Positions 1 through 12,735 of a stretch of DNA of 24,000 bases are shown here, piece after piece. Each line of letters starts with the position of its first letter. Within the stretch, counting starts at the first letter, position 1. Position numbers and translations under genes: made by a program. Source of the DNA: Massilia eurypsychrophila (GTDB lineage Bacteria; Pseudomonadota; Gammaproteobacteria; Burkholderiales; Burkholderiaceae_D); contig NZ_PDOC01000003.1 in the NCBI RefSeq assembly GCF_002760655.1, positions 200,840-224,839 of the forward strand. Direction: 5' to 3'. The notes under the pieces are model-generated. The model saw nothing but the letters and a program-made list of their open reading frames with translations. It searched no databases and was not told where the DNA came from.

Positions 1-86
1 GATGCCGTCCAGCAGCTGGCGAAGACGGCAACGGCAAGCAGGCTGTTGCCTACCCACGACGGCGCGGAGCGCAAGGTTTTTTCCAT
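1..86 (-). CDS. 5' end of an ORF with a signal peptide, possibly a lipoprotein; continues past the left edge
   Basis: ATG at 86..84 lies 2 nt downstream of the PAAR stop (TAG, 91..89). My translation is MEKTLRSAPSWVGNSLLAVAVFASCWTA: basic n-region, hydrophobic core, FASC lipobox-like Cys. Only 28 codons are visible and there is no clear SD. Confidence 0.35.
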   Translation of the reverse strand, partial: MEKTLRSAPSWVGNSLLAVAVFASCWTA

Positions 87-88
87 GG

Positions 89-358
89 CTAGATGAGGTC
101 CTTGGTGGCTTGCTGGCTGGCGATCAACGTGGCGCCGCACGCGGTCAGGTCGCCGTGGCGGGCCACCGGCTTGCCGTCGACGATCAGGGTGGCGTCGCCG
201 GCGGCGATCGGGTTGGTGCCGTGGCCCGGCAGCGGGCAGACGGTCTTGTCGCCCATGCGCGCGACGGCAATATCGCCCGAGGTCGTGGTCGGCGATGCTT
301 CGATGACGGTACCGCCGTGGGACGTCTTGTCGCCTAAGCGAATGAATGCACCTGGCAT
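89..358 (-). CDS. PAAR-domain protein (COG4104-type T6SS spike-tip protein), minimal form without a toxin extension
   Basis: The ORF track gives 89..400. I prefer the internal ATG at 358 because GGAG sits about 8 nt upstream and the product then starts MPGAFIRLGDKTSHGGTVIEAS. The three PAAR-type repeats are visible: GDKTSHGG, ARMGDKTVCPLPGHG and ARHGDLTACGATLI. Confidence 0.85.
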   Translation of the reverse strand: MPGAFIRLGDKTSHGGTVIEASPTTTSGDIAVARMGDKTVCPLPGHGTNPIAAGDATLIVDGKPVARHGDLTACGATLIASQQATKDLI

Positions 359-470
359 GGCCGGCTCCGATGAAGTTTCCGACCTGGAATGGTCGAACAT
401 CGTCTATCGTAGCCGTCTCATCGTGCGCGGACTTGAAGATGAGCAATAACTTGATGCGGCGTCGCCGCTG

Positions 471-1118
471 TTAAATACGCGCTTTCAGGCGGTTCAGTTG
501 TTCCAGGAAGCGGTCGCGCGCGAGCCCGGGCGGCCATGGCTCCCACGCCTGGCCGCCGTACACTTCGGTCAGCGGATCATGGTTCAGCGGCGGTACCGTG
601 ATCTTTAGTGTGTGCAACACCTCATGCGCGGACCATCCGACCACATGCACCGCTTCGCTCGCCGCGGCGAGCCGGTCGGCGCGCTTGTGGATGGCGTGCT
701 CCTCGGGCGTCCAGGCCGGCAGGCCATAGCGCAAAAACACTGCCCGGTCGAGCCGGGTCGTCAGGTCGCGAAAGCCGTCGCCAAGGAAAGGCTTGAGCAC
801 CGAGATGCAGTCGAACCCGAGCAGGCCTTCCTCGGCGTCGTGCAGCAGCTCGCGCAGGTCGGCCAGCGGGCCCAGCGGCGTGGCCGAGGCGGCCCGGCGC
901 AGCAGCATCACCGTGATCGAGTGTTGCGCCACCGACAGCGGCAGCGGCCACGCCGAGTGCCCGCCCCAGCGGTAGGTGCGCGCCAGCCCGAGCGCCAGAT
1001 CCTCGTCTTCCCAGTCATCCGGGGTTGGATTGAGCAGGTCGAGCCGCTTGCCCGAAGGCATGCGCACCCAGGCACGGGTCTGGGCGGGGGAGCCGGGGGC
1101 GTTTGGCAGGCTGGTCAT
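471..1118 (-). CDS. HD-domain metal-dependent phosphohydrolase (YfbR-like H..HD..D pattern)
   Basis: 215-aa ORF with SVAQHS (His), LLHDAEE (HD) and HKRADRLAA (Asp) in the order expected for the HD superfamily. The N-terminal SGKRLDLLNP...RWGGH is typical of small stand-alone HD hydrolases. Substrate is unknown. Confidence 0.75.
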   Translation of the reverse strand: MTSLPNAPGSPAQTRAWVRMPSGKRLDLLNPTPDDWEDEDLALGLARTYRWGGHSAWPLPLSVAQHSITVMLLRRAASATPLGPLADLRELLHDAEEGLLGFDCISVLKPFLGDGFRDLTTRLDRAVFLRYGLPAWTPEEHAIHKRADRLAAASEAVHVVGWSAHEVLHTLKITVPPLNHDPLTEVYGGQAWEPWPPGLARDRFLEQLNRLKARI

Positions 1119-1271
1119 GGCGTAATTTTACACATTGCCGGGCCCGGCGCGATTGGCGGCGCGAATTGAGGCCGACCTTTGCGAAAGCTCGGCGTTGGCC
1201 CGGAAGAATGTCATCACGCGCGCCGCTTTTTGGACCACAATGACAGGCGTCGCGGCAAACTGGAGTGGCTG

Positions 1272-2837
1272 ATGGGGGAAACGATGGAACGGATCGATTG
1301 CGATGTGCTGGTCGTTGGCGGCGGCATCAACGGCGCCGGCATCGCGCGCGACGCCGCCGGGCGCGGCCTGCGCGTGGTGCTGTGCGAAAAAGACGACCTG
1401 GCCGGGCACACCTCGTCGGCCTCCAGCAAGCTCATTCACGGCGGCCTGCGCTACCTCGAACACCGCGAGTTCGGCCTGGTGCGCAAGGCGCTGATCGAGC
1501 GCGAACTGCTGCTGCGCAGCGCGCCGCACATCATGTGGCCGCTGCGCTTCGTCATGCCGCACGACGCCCACCAGCGCCCGGCGCTGCTGATCCGCGCCGG
1601 CCTGTTCCTCTACGACCGGCTGGCGCGGCGCGAATTTTTGCCCGCCTCGCGCGGCGTTGCGCTGGCGCGCCATGCGGCCGGCCAGGTCCTAAAGGCCGAC
1701 TTCACGCGCGGCTTCGAATACTCCGACGGCTGGGTCGACGATGCCCGCCTGGTCGTGCTGGCCGCGCTCGACGCGCGCGAGCGCGGCGCCACGGTGCTGA
1801 CCCAGACCTTGTGCAGCGGCCTGCAGCGCCACCCGCTGCACTGGAGCGCGACCCTGACCGCTATCGACGGCCGCAAGACGAAGGTCAGCGCGCGCTGCCT
1901 GGTCAACGCGACCGGGCCGTGGGCCGACCGCTTCATGCAGGACGCCGCCGGCGCCGCGCCTGGCCAGCATCTGCGCCTGGTCAAGGGCAGCCATATCGTG
2001 GTGCGCCGCCTGTTCCACCACGCGTACGCCTACATCTTCCAGCATCCGGACGGGCGCATCGTGTTCGCCATTCCGTACGAGCGCGAGTTCACCCTGATCG
2101 GCACCACCGACCTAGAATTTACCGGCAGCCTCGATGACGTGGCCATCAGCGCGGGCGAGGTCAAGTACCTGTGCCAGCTGGCCAATCACTACTTCCGCCA
2201 GCAGATCAGCGCCGCCGACGTGGTGTGGTCGTACTCGGGCGTGCGGCCGCTGGTGGAAGATGCCGGCGCCAGCGCGCAGTCGGCCAGCCGCGACTTCCGC
2301 CTGGCGCACGACAGCAACGGCGCGCCGATGCTGACCGTCCAGGGCGGCAAGATCACCACTTTCCGCAAGCTGGCCGAGGAAGCGGTCGACTGGATCGGGC
2401 CTTTGCTGGGCAACCGCAGCGCCGGCTGGACCGCGCGCGCCTGTCTGCCGGGCGGCGATTTGTTCGGCGAGCGGCCGTCCAACCGCGGCGTGCTCGAATT
2501 CGACCAGTGGTCAGCGGCCATGCAGCAGCGCTACGGCTGGCTGTCGCCGGCGCTGGTGCGGCGCTACGCGCGCGCCTACGGCACCCGCATCAAGACAATG
2601 CTCGACGGCTGCCGCAGCCTGGCCGACCTCGGCCCGGAAATCGTGCCAGGCCTGTACGCGGTCGAAGCCGATTACCTCATCACGCACGAGTGGGCGTGCA
2701 GCGCGGCAGACATCCTGTGGCGCCGTTCGAAGCTGGGACTGCACCTGCCGTCGGGCAGTGCGGAAAAGCTCGACGCCTGGATCGCCGGGCGCAAGGCTGA
2801 CGCGCCGGCAGGACAGCCGGGCGCGCAGGCTAACTAG
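1272..2837 (+). CDS. glpD: FAD-dependent aerobic glycerol-3-phosphate dehydrogenase
   Basis: Dinucleotide-binding N-terminus DVLVVGGGINGAGIARDAAGRGLRVVLCEKDDLAGHTSSASSKLIHGGLRYLE and full-length GlpD-like body. The ORF track opens at a TTG (1179). ATG 1272 has GGAG 6 nt upstream; ATG 1284 is an alternative. Confidence 0.9.
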   Translation: MGETMERIDCDVLVVGGGINGAGIARDAAGRGLRVVLCEKDDLAGHTSSASSKLIHGGLRYLEHREFGLVRKALIERELLLRSAPHIMWPLRFVMPHDAHQRPALLIRAGLFLYDRLARREFLPASRGVALARHAAGQVLKADFTRGFEYSDGWVDDARLVVLAALDARERGATVLTQTLCSGLQRHPLHWSATLTAIDGRKTKVSARCLVNATGPWADRFMQDAAGAAPGQHLRLVKGSHIVVRRLFHHAYAYIFQHPDGRIVFAIPYEREFTLIGTTDLEFTGSLDDVAISAGEVKYLCQLANHYFRQQISAADVVWSYSGVRPLVEDAGASAQSASRDFRLAHDSNGAPMLTVQGGKITTFRKLAEEAVDWIGPLLGNRSAGWTARACLPGGDLFGERPSNRGVLEFDQWSAAMQQRYGWLSPALVRRYARAYGTRIKTMLDGCRSLADLGPEIVPGLYAVEADYLITHEWACSAADILWRRSKLGLHLPSGSAEKLDAWIAGRKADAPAGQPGAQAN

Positions 2838-3493
2838 CGCGCCACGATGCGGTAGCGCAGTTCCAGCGCGTCGTGCACAGTCAGCGCGCCGCCCATCACC
2901 GACATCGGCACGATGCCGAAATCGCTCTGGCGCAGCTGCAGCGTGCCGCTGGCGGTGACGGCGCCATTGCCTTCTTCTACAAGCGCTGCCGCATCGACCG
3001 TGCGCGTCACACCATGCAGCGTGATCGCCAGCCGCACAGGCTTCCCCACGACAGCGTCGGCGCGCAGCGCCACCAGCGGAAAGCGTTCGGCGTCGAGGAC
3101 CTTGGCCAGCATGTTGGCGCGGGTGCCTTCGATCGCCGCCGGCGACGGGGTGGTATCGAGGCCGGCTTCCTTGCGCAGCGCCGGCTCGTCCACGCTCATC
3201 TGGTCGAGCCGGAAGCTGAAGTCGGCCCGCCCCGCCGCCGGCGCGACGAAGCCCGTCACGTTGCGGCTGGCCACCACGTGATCGTGACCGAGGCGCGCCA
3301 GCGGGCCGCCGCGCCGCACCGTGACGGCAATCAGCGACTGCGCCGCATCGATCGCCAGCACCTTCGTGCCTGCCGCTGCGGCGACGCGGTACCAGGATGC
3401 GGCGTTGTCGGTGGCCGCCGGCGGCGGGGCCACCGGTGCCCGCGCGCACCCGGCAAGCAGGACGGCCACCAGCAGCGCGCGCGTCGGCTTCAT
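2834..3493 (-). CDS. YceI-like (polyisoprenoid-binding family) lipoprotein
   Basis: 219 aa with signal peptide and lipobox MKPTRALLVAVLLAGC. The beta-barrel-like body has a YceI-style HGVTR motif (ITLHGVTRTV) and a C-terminal LELRYRIVAR. Its ATG lies 1 nt after the pepN stop. Confidence 0.75.
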   Translation of the reverse strand: MKPTRALLVAVLLAGCARAPVAPPPAATDNAASWYRVAAAAGTKVLAIDAAQSLIAVTVRRGGPLARLGHDHVVASRNVTGFVAPAAGRADFSFRLDQMSVDEPALRKEAGLDTTPSPAAIEGTRANMLAKVLDAERFPLVALRADAVVGKPVRLAITLHGVTRTVDAAALVEEGNGAVTASGTLQLRQSDFGIVPMSVMGGALTVHDALELRYRIVAR

Positions 3494-3494
3494 G

Positions 3495-6146
3495 CTATTT
3501 TGCGTTGGCCGTTACCCAAGCGTCGATCGCGGGCAAGCGTTCGGCGCGTACCTTGACGCGGTCACGGATGCCGGCAATCGCGGTGTCGGCGTCGCGCCGT
3601 GAACCGGCAGCGAGGTTGGCGCCCGCATAGGCCTCGAGCTTGGCGATGGTTGCCGGGTTCGACGAACCGGCCGCCAGACGCGGGAAAAAGCGGCTGCGCG
3701 AGGTGGCGTCGACCCGCTCGTTCACCTTGGCCGCGTTCGCCAGAGCGAAGTCGAATGCCAGCTCAGGATGGCGCTGCGATACCTGCGCCAGCATCGCCGC
3801 GCTGTTGGTCACGCCAGGTTCGTCCGTCATCGCCAGGTCCAGCGCGCGCCGCGCCAGCGCCGGGTCGGCGGGCGAAGCGAGCAGCTCGTACAAGCCGTCC
3901 TTGATCATCGGCGACTTCTCGGCCTTGGCGGCGCGGTGCAGGTCGTCCCACGCGGCGCTGTCGGCGCGCGTTGCCACCACCGCCAGCACGGTCTTGCGCA
4001 GTGCGGCCGGCAGCGCCTGCGGGTCGGACGCTTGCGCCGCATAGCGCCGGCGTGCTTCGGCGATCGTGGCGGCGTCGCCAAGTTCGCTGAGCGTCTGGAT
4101 CAGGCCCGTGCGCAAGGTGGCGACGGTGGCGTTTTCGCCGGCGCGGGCGTCCCAGCCGACCTGCTTCATGACCGGCGCCAGGCGCTTGACCGCATACGCG
4201 TCGAAGCGCTGCTGGCGCTGGCGGTCGCCCGCGTAGTGATCGTGGATGGTCCCGAACACGTCGGCGATCTTGCCCCACACCTGGGGATCGGCGCCCGGCG
4301 TGGCGGCGTTGGCCAGCGCGAGGAAGTCGGACGCCGGCTGCAGCCCGGCCACGCCAAGCGACCAGCTGTCGGCCAGCAGGCCCATTTGATCGATGGGGGC
4401 CAGGGCGCCAAAGCCGGCGGCGAGCTCGCCGAAATGTTTCGGCGCGTACAGCGTGCGATAGTAGCCGCTCTGGCCGGCGTTCACGATGACCGCGCCGCAG
4501 CCAGGCACGCTGACGCTCGCCTTGCCGTTCGATACCAGCGTGCGCACCTGGCGGCTGGTGCCGGCCGCCTGCAATGTCACCGGCACGCGCCAGCGCAGCG
4601 GCTTCTTGTCGGGCTGGTCGCGGCTGAATTCCGACTGCGTCAGTTCGACGCGCGTGCTGCTGCCGACGCAGTCGGCGCTCGCCACGCGGATCAGCGGCAC
4701 GCCCGGCTGCAGCGTGAAGTCGTGGGCGATCGCGGTGACCGGCTTGCCGGCGGCGCGTTCGATCTGGCGCCACAGGTCGCCCGAGACCGTGTTCTTGTAG
4801 GCGTGTTCTCGCATGTATGCGCGCACGCCGTTGCGCCAGGCCTGCTCGCCGACGTAGTTCTCCATCATGCGGATCACTGCTTCGCCTTTCAGGTAGGTGA
4901 TATCGTCGAACGCCTGGCTGGCCTGTTCGACCGTCTCCACGTGCTGCACCACCGGGTGGGTGGTGGCGACCGAATCGCGCTCCATCGCGGCCTCGCGCAC
5001 GCCGACCGCATTGAGCCTGGTATTCCATTCCGGATGCAGGCGCTCGGACATGCGGCTTTCCATCCATGAGGCGAAGCCCTCGTTAAGCCACAGGTCGTCC
5101 CACCACTGCATCGTCACCAGGTTGCCGAACCACTGGTGCGCCATTTCGTGCGCGGCGGTGACGAACACCGCCTGCTTGTCGCCCTGCGTTGAAATCGCCG
5201 GGTCGAGCAGGATCGCGTATTCGAACGTAAAGATCGCCCCCCAGTTCTCCATCGCGCTGAAGAACTGGCTGCGGCCCGGCGCGGCGATGTTGTCCAGCTT
5301 GGGCAGCGGGTAGTGCACGCCGAAGTAGCGGTTGAATTCGACCAGCAGCGATTTGGACGCGTCGAGCGCGAACGCGGCCTGCGCGGCGCGGCCCTTCGGC
5401 GTGACCACGCCCAGTTCTGTACCGTTCACTTTTGCCGTCACGCGGTCGAATTCGCCCAGTCCGAAGAACAGCAGATAGGTCGACATCTTCGGCGTTTGGG
5501 CGAACCTGACCAGGCTGCGGCCGTCGGCCAGCGCGGTCGTTTTCGCCACCGGCATATTACTGACCGCCATCTGGCCGGCGGGGATCGCCGCTTCCAGCGT
5601 GAAGCTGGCCTTGTAGGCCGGCTCGTCCCAGGAAGGAATCATGCGGCGCGCGTCCGAGTTCTCGAACTGCGTGTAGAGCGCGCGCTTCTTGCCGTCGGCG
5701 CCGTCGTAATCGAGCGAGAACAACCCAACGGCTTGCTGCCCGATCAGGCCCGTGTAGTCGAGCGCCAGGCGGTAGCGGCCCGGCGCGATCGGCCTGGCGA
5801 AGCGGAACGTCGCGGTCTGCGCGTCGGCATCGACGCTGGTGGTTGCCGTCATCGGCGCGCCGCCTGCGCCGGCGGCCAGCGTAACGCGGCTGAACGCCAG
5901 GTCGGCGGCGTTGAGCGTGATCGAGTCGGTCGGCGTCAGCACGTCGAGCGTGATGGTGACCTTGGCGGCGAAAGTGGAGCGGGCGGCGTCGGGCGTGATC
6001 GACACGTCGTAGTGGGCAGGGCGCGCGGTGCGCGGCAGCTGGGTGGTGGCGAGCGCGGTCGGCGCCGGCGCGGGCGCCGCCATGAGCGGCTGAGCCGACA
6101 GGCCGGCCAGTGCAAGTACTGCTGCTGAAATCAGGCTGCGATGCAT
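3495..6146 (-). CDS. pepN: M1-family zinc aminopeptidase N with N-terminal signal peptide
   Basis: 883 aa. The exopeptidase motif is SAMENWG (GAMEN-type). The zinc site is HEMAHQWFGNLVTMQWWDDLWLNEGFA (HEXXH-X18-E). The signal-like N-terminus is MHRSLISAAVLALAGLSAQPLMAAP. AAGGA SD lies upstream of ATG 6146. Confidence 0.9.
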   Translation of the reverse strand: MHRSLISAAVLALAGLSAQPLMAAPAPAPTALATTQLPRTARPAHYDVSITPDAARSTFAAKVTITLDVLTPTDSITLNAADLAFSRVTLAAGAGGAPMTATTSVDADAQTATFRFARPIAPGRYRLALDYTGLIGQQAVGLFSLDYDGADGKKRALYTQFENSDARRMIPSWDEPAYKASFTLEAAIPAGQMAVSNMPVAKTTALADGRSLVRFAQTPKMSTYLLFFGLGEFDRVTAKVNGTELGVVTPKGRAAQAAFALDASKSLLVEFNRYFGVHYPLPKLDNIAAPGRSQFFSAMENWGAIFTFEYAILLDPAISTQGDKQAVFVTAAHEMAHQWFGNLVTMQWWDDLWLNEGFASWMESRMSERLHPEWNTRLNAVGVREAAMERDSVATTHPVVQHVETVEQASQAFDDITYLKGEAVIRMMENYVGEQAWRNGVRAYMREHAYKNTVSGDLWRQIERAAGKPVTAIAHDFTLQPGVPLIRVASADCVGSSTRVELTQSEFSRDQPDKKPLRWRVPVTLQAAGTSRQVRTLVSNGKASVSVPGCGAVIVNAGQSGYYRTLYAPKHFGELAAGFGALAPIDQMGLLADSWSLGVAGLQPASDFLALANAATPGADPQVWGKIADVFGTIHDHYAGDRQRQQRFDAYAVKRLAPVMKQVGWDARAGENATVATLRTGLIQTLSELGDAATIAEARRRYAAQASDPQALPAALRKTVLAVVATRADSAAWDDLHRAAKAEKSPMIKDGLYELLASPADPALARRALDLAMTDEPGVTNSAAMLAQVSQRHPELAFDFALANAAKVNERVDATSRSRFFPRLAAGSSNPATIAKLEAYAGANLAAGSRRDADTAIAGIRDRVKVRAERLPAIDAWVTANAK

Positions 6147-6319
6147 GAAGATCCTTTTGCGTATATTGGCCCGGCGCGCCGGGACTCTTATGGAACACTA
6201 AGGTGAAACGGCAGGCCTGTCAACGCACGCATGTCGGGCGGGCGGCGCCGGATCGGCTATCATCATGCTCAGCGAAACCGGCCAGTCCCGCGGCGCCTGA
6301 ACCCCATCCTGGAGAACGC

Positions 6320-6946
6320 ATGAAACTGTACATCAGCACCTTCGCGCCGAACCCGCGCCGCGTCACCATGTTCATCGCCGAGAAGGGCATCGGCGACATC
6401 GAGACCGTCATGATCGACCTCAACGCCGGCGAGCACCGCAGCGCTGCGTTTGTCGCCAAGAACCCGCTGGCGCGGGTGCCGGCGCTGGAACTGGACGACG
6501 GCCGCGTGCTGTGCGAAACGCGCGCGATCTGTACCTACATCGAGGGGATGCATCCTGAACCGAACCTGATGGGCGAGGGCTTCGAGGAACGCGCCTTCAT
6601 CGAGATGGCCGACCGCCGCGCCGAGCTGCACCTGTTTGCCGTTATCGCCAACTGCGTGCGGCATTCGCATCCCGGCCTGGCGGTGCTCGAGCAGCCGCAG
6701 TTTCCCGAGTTCGGCGCATCGCAAGGCGAGAAGATGCGCGAGGCCGCGCGCTGGCTCGACAGCGAACTGGGCAAGCAACCGTATGTGGCAGGGCAGCGAT
6801 TCACGGTGGCCGACATTACCGCGTTTTGCGCGCTTGAATTCGCGCGCGGACTGATGAAGTTCAGGCCGGGCGCGGAGGGAATGAACAACTTGCAGGAGTG
6901 GCGCGACCGCATCGCGGCGCGGCCGTCGGCGGCCACCAGGGTCTGA
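6320..6946 (+). CDS. Glutathione S-transferase family protein
   Basis: Thioredoxin-like N-domain MKLYISTFAPNPRRVTMFIAEKGI...ARVPALELDDGRVLCETRAICTYIE followed by a helical C-domain. GGAGA SD at 6311-6315 precedes ATG 6320. The 39-aa upstream extension in the ORF track looks spurious. Confidence 0.85.
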   Translation: MKLYISTFAPNPRRVTMFIAEKGIGDIETVMIDLNAGEHRSAAFVAKNPLARVPALELDDGRVLCETRAICTYIEGMHPEPNLMGEGFEERAFIEMADRRAELHLFAVIANCVRHSHPGLAVLEQPQFPEFGASQGEKMREAARWLDSELGKQPYVAGQRFTVADITAFCALEFARGLMKFRPGAEGMNNLQEWRDRIAARPSAATRV

Positions 6947-6991
6947 CCCGTTTCCTCGGACTCGGCGTCCCCGCCAGACCCCAGACGGGGT

Positions 6992-7816
6992 TTACCCGAT
7001 GCGCTTGTACCAGTGCTGGTGCGGGAAAACAGGCTGGTAGCTGGCGGCGAGTTCGTCGCCGTCGGCGATCTCGCGGTCCAGTCCCAGCACGCCGAACAGC
7101 GACAGGCTGTCGTGGAACAGCCGCATCACGCGCTGGCGCAGCATCGGCCCGAAATCGGGAAGGGCGCGCTGGCAGATGATTAGCTGGAATTCGTTGAACG
7201 ACGCATCGGTCACCAGGTTGTACTGCGCCCACGTGATGCGGTTGCGCAGCGATGCACGCAAGGTCGCGCGGCCATCCTGGACGTCGAAATAATCGGCCAG
7301 CTGCGCCGTGCCGCCGCTTCTGAAATAACTCTCCTGATACTGTTCCATGCGTTCGGCCGGAAAACTGGCCAGGCTGGCGGCCGCCAGCATCTCCTCGTTG
7401 GCGACGGTGGCGTAGATTTCGGTGCGAAGGTGCAGCTGCTCTTCGGCCAGCAGAATCGCCAGCGACCACGCCTGCTCCGGCCCTGCGCATTCGGCCAGCC
7501 ACACCTTCGGTACCGCCGACGCGCGCAGGCTCGCTGCCAGCACGATGCGCAGCTGGCGCGCCTGCTCCGGATCGTCGAACAACGCGGCCGGCTGTACCGA
7601 CAAGGCGCGCAGCAGCGCGGCGCCGGCGCCGGGGTCGTGCAGCACCCGGTCCTGCAGCGACGAGACGGTGTTCAGTGCCCGCGCCTGCATCACCTGGTGC
7701 AGCTTGCGCCGCAGCGTCGGCCGGTCGTAGGACCTGAAATCGTGACCGAAGCGTTGAAACAGCGCTTCGAGCAGCAACTCGATTTCAAGTTCTTCCGTCG
7801 CCAGTCCACCTTCCAT
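6992..7816 (-). CDS. CheR-like protein-glutamate methyltransferase fold with degenerate SAM-binding motifs
   Basis: CheR_N-like helices (LEIELLLEALFQRFGHDFRSYDRPTLRRKLHQVMQARAL) are followed by a Rossmann part colinear with CheR. Start is taken at MEGGLATEE (ATG 7816), 14 nt after the kinase stop; the longer track ORF overlaps the kinase. Confidence 0.7.
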   Translation of the reverse strand: MEGGLATEELEIELLLEALFQRFGHDFRSYDRPTLRRKLHQVMQARALNTVSSLQDRVLHDPGAGAALLRALSVQPAALFDDPEQARQLRIVLAASLRASAVPKVWLAECAGPEQAWSLAILLAEEQLHLRTEIYATVANEEMLAAASLASFPAERMEQYQESYFRSGGTAQLADYFDVQDGRATLRASLRNRITWAQYNLVTDASFNEFQLIICQRALPDFGPMLRQRVMRLFHDSLSLFGVLGLDREIADGDELAASYQPVFPHQHWYKRIG

Positions 7817-7830
7817 TGTCAGGTAGCCGG

Positions 7831-12721
<4,891 letters not shown>

Positions 12722-12735
<14 letters not shown>

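Noticed and set aside
456-468. GC palindrome GCGGCGTCGCCGC just downstream of the HD gene stop, a possible terminator separating it from the PAAR gene
   Set aside because: The loop is too small for the full stem and there is no convincing U-tract on the minus strand. Such GC palindromes are common by chance in this composition.
6164-6177. Perfect 14-bp palindrome CCCGGCGCGCCGGG in the divergent pepN/GST promoter region
   Set aside because: It could be an operator, but it is pure G+C in a GC-rich genome. No regulator is encoded nearby and there is no second copy in the window, so evidence is insufficient.
6969-6993. Possible bidirectional terminator between the convergent GST and CheR-like genes (CCCCG-N12-CGGGG followed by TTT)
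   Set aside because: It has only a 5-bp stem with a 12-nt loop and a 3-nt T run. That is too weak to call without folding energies.
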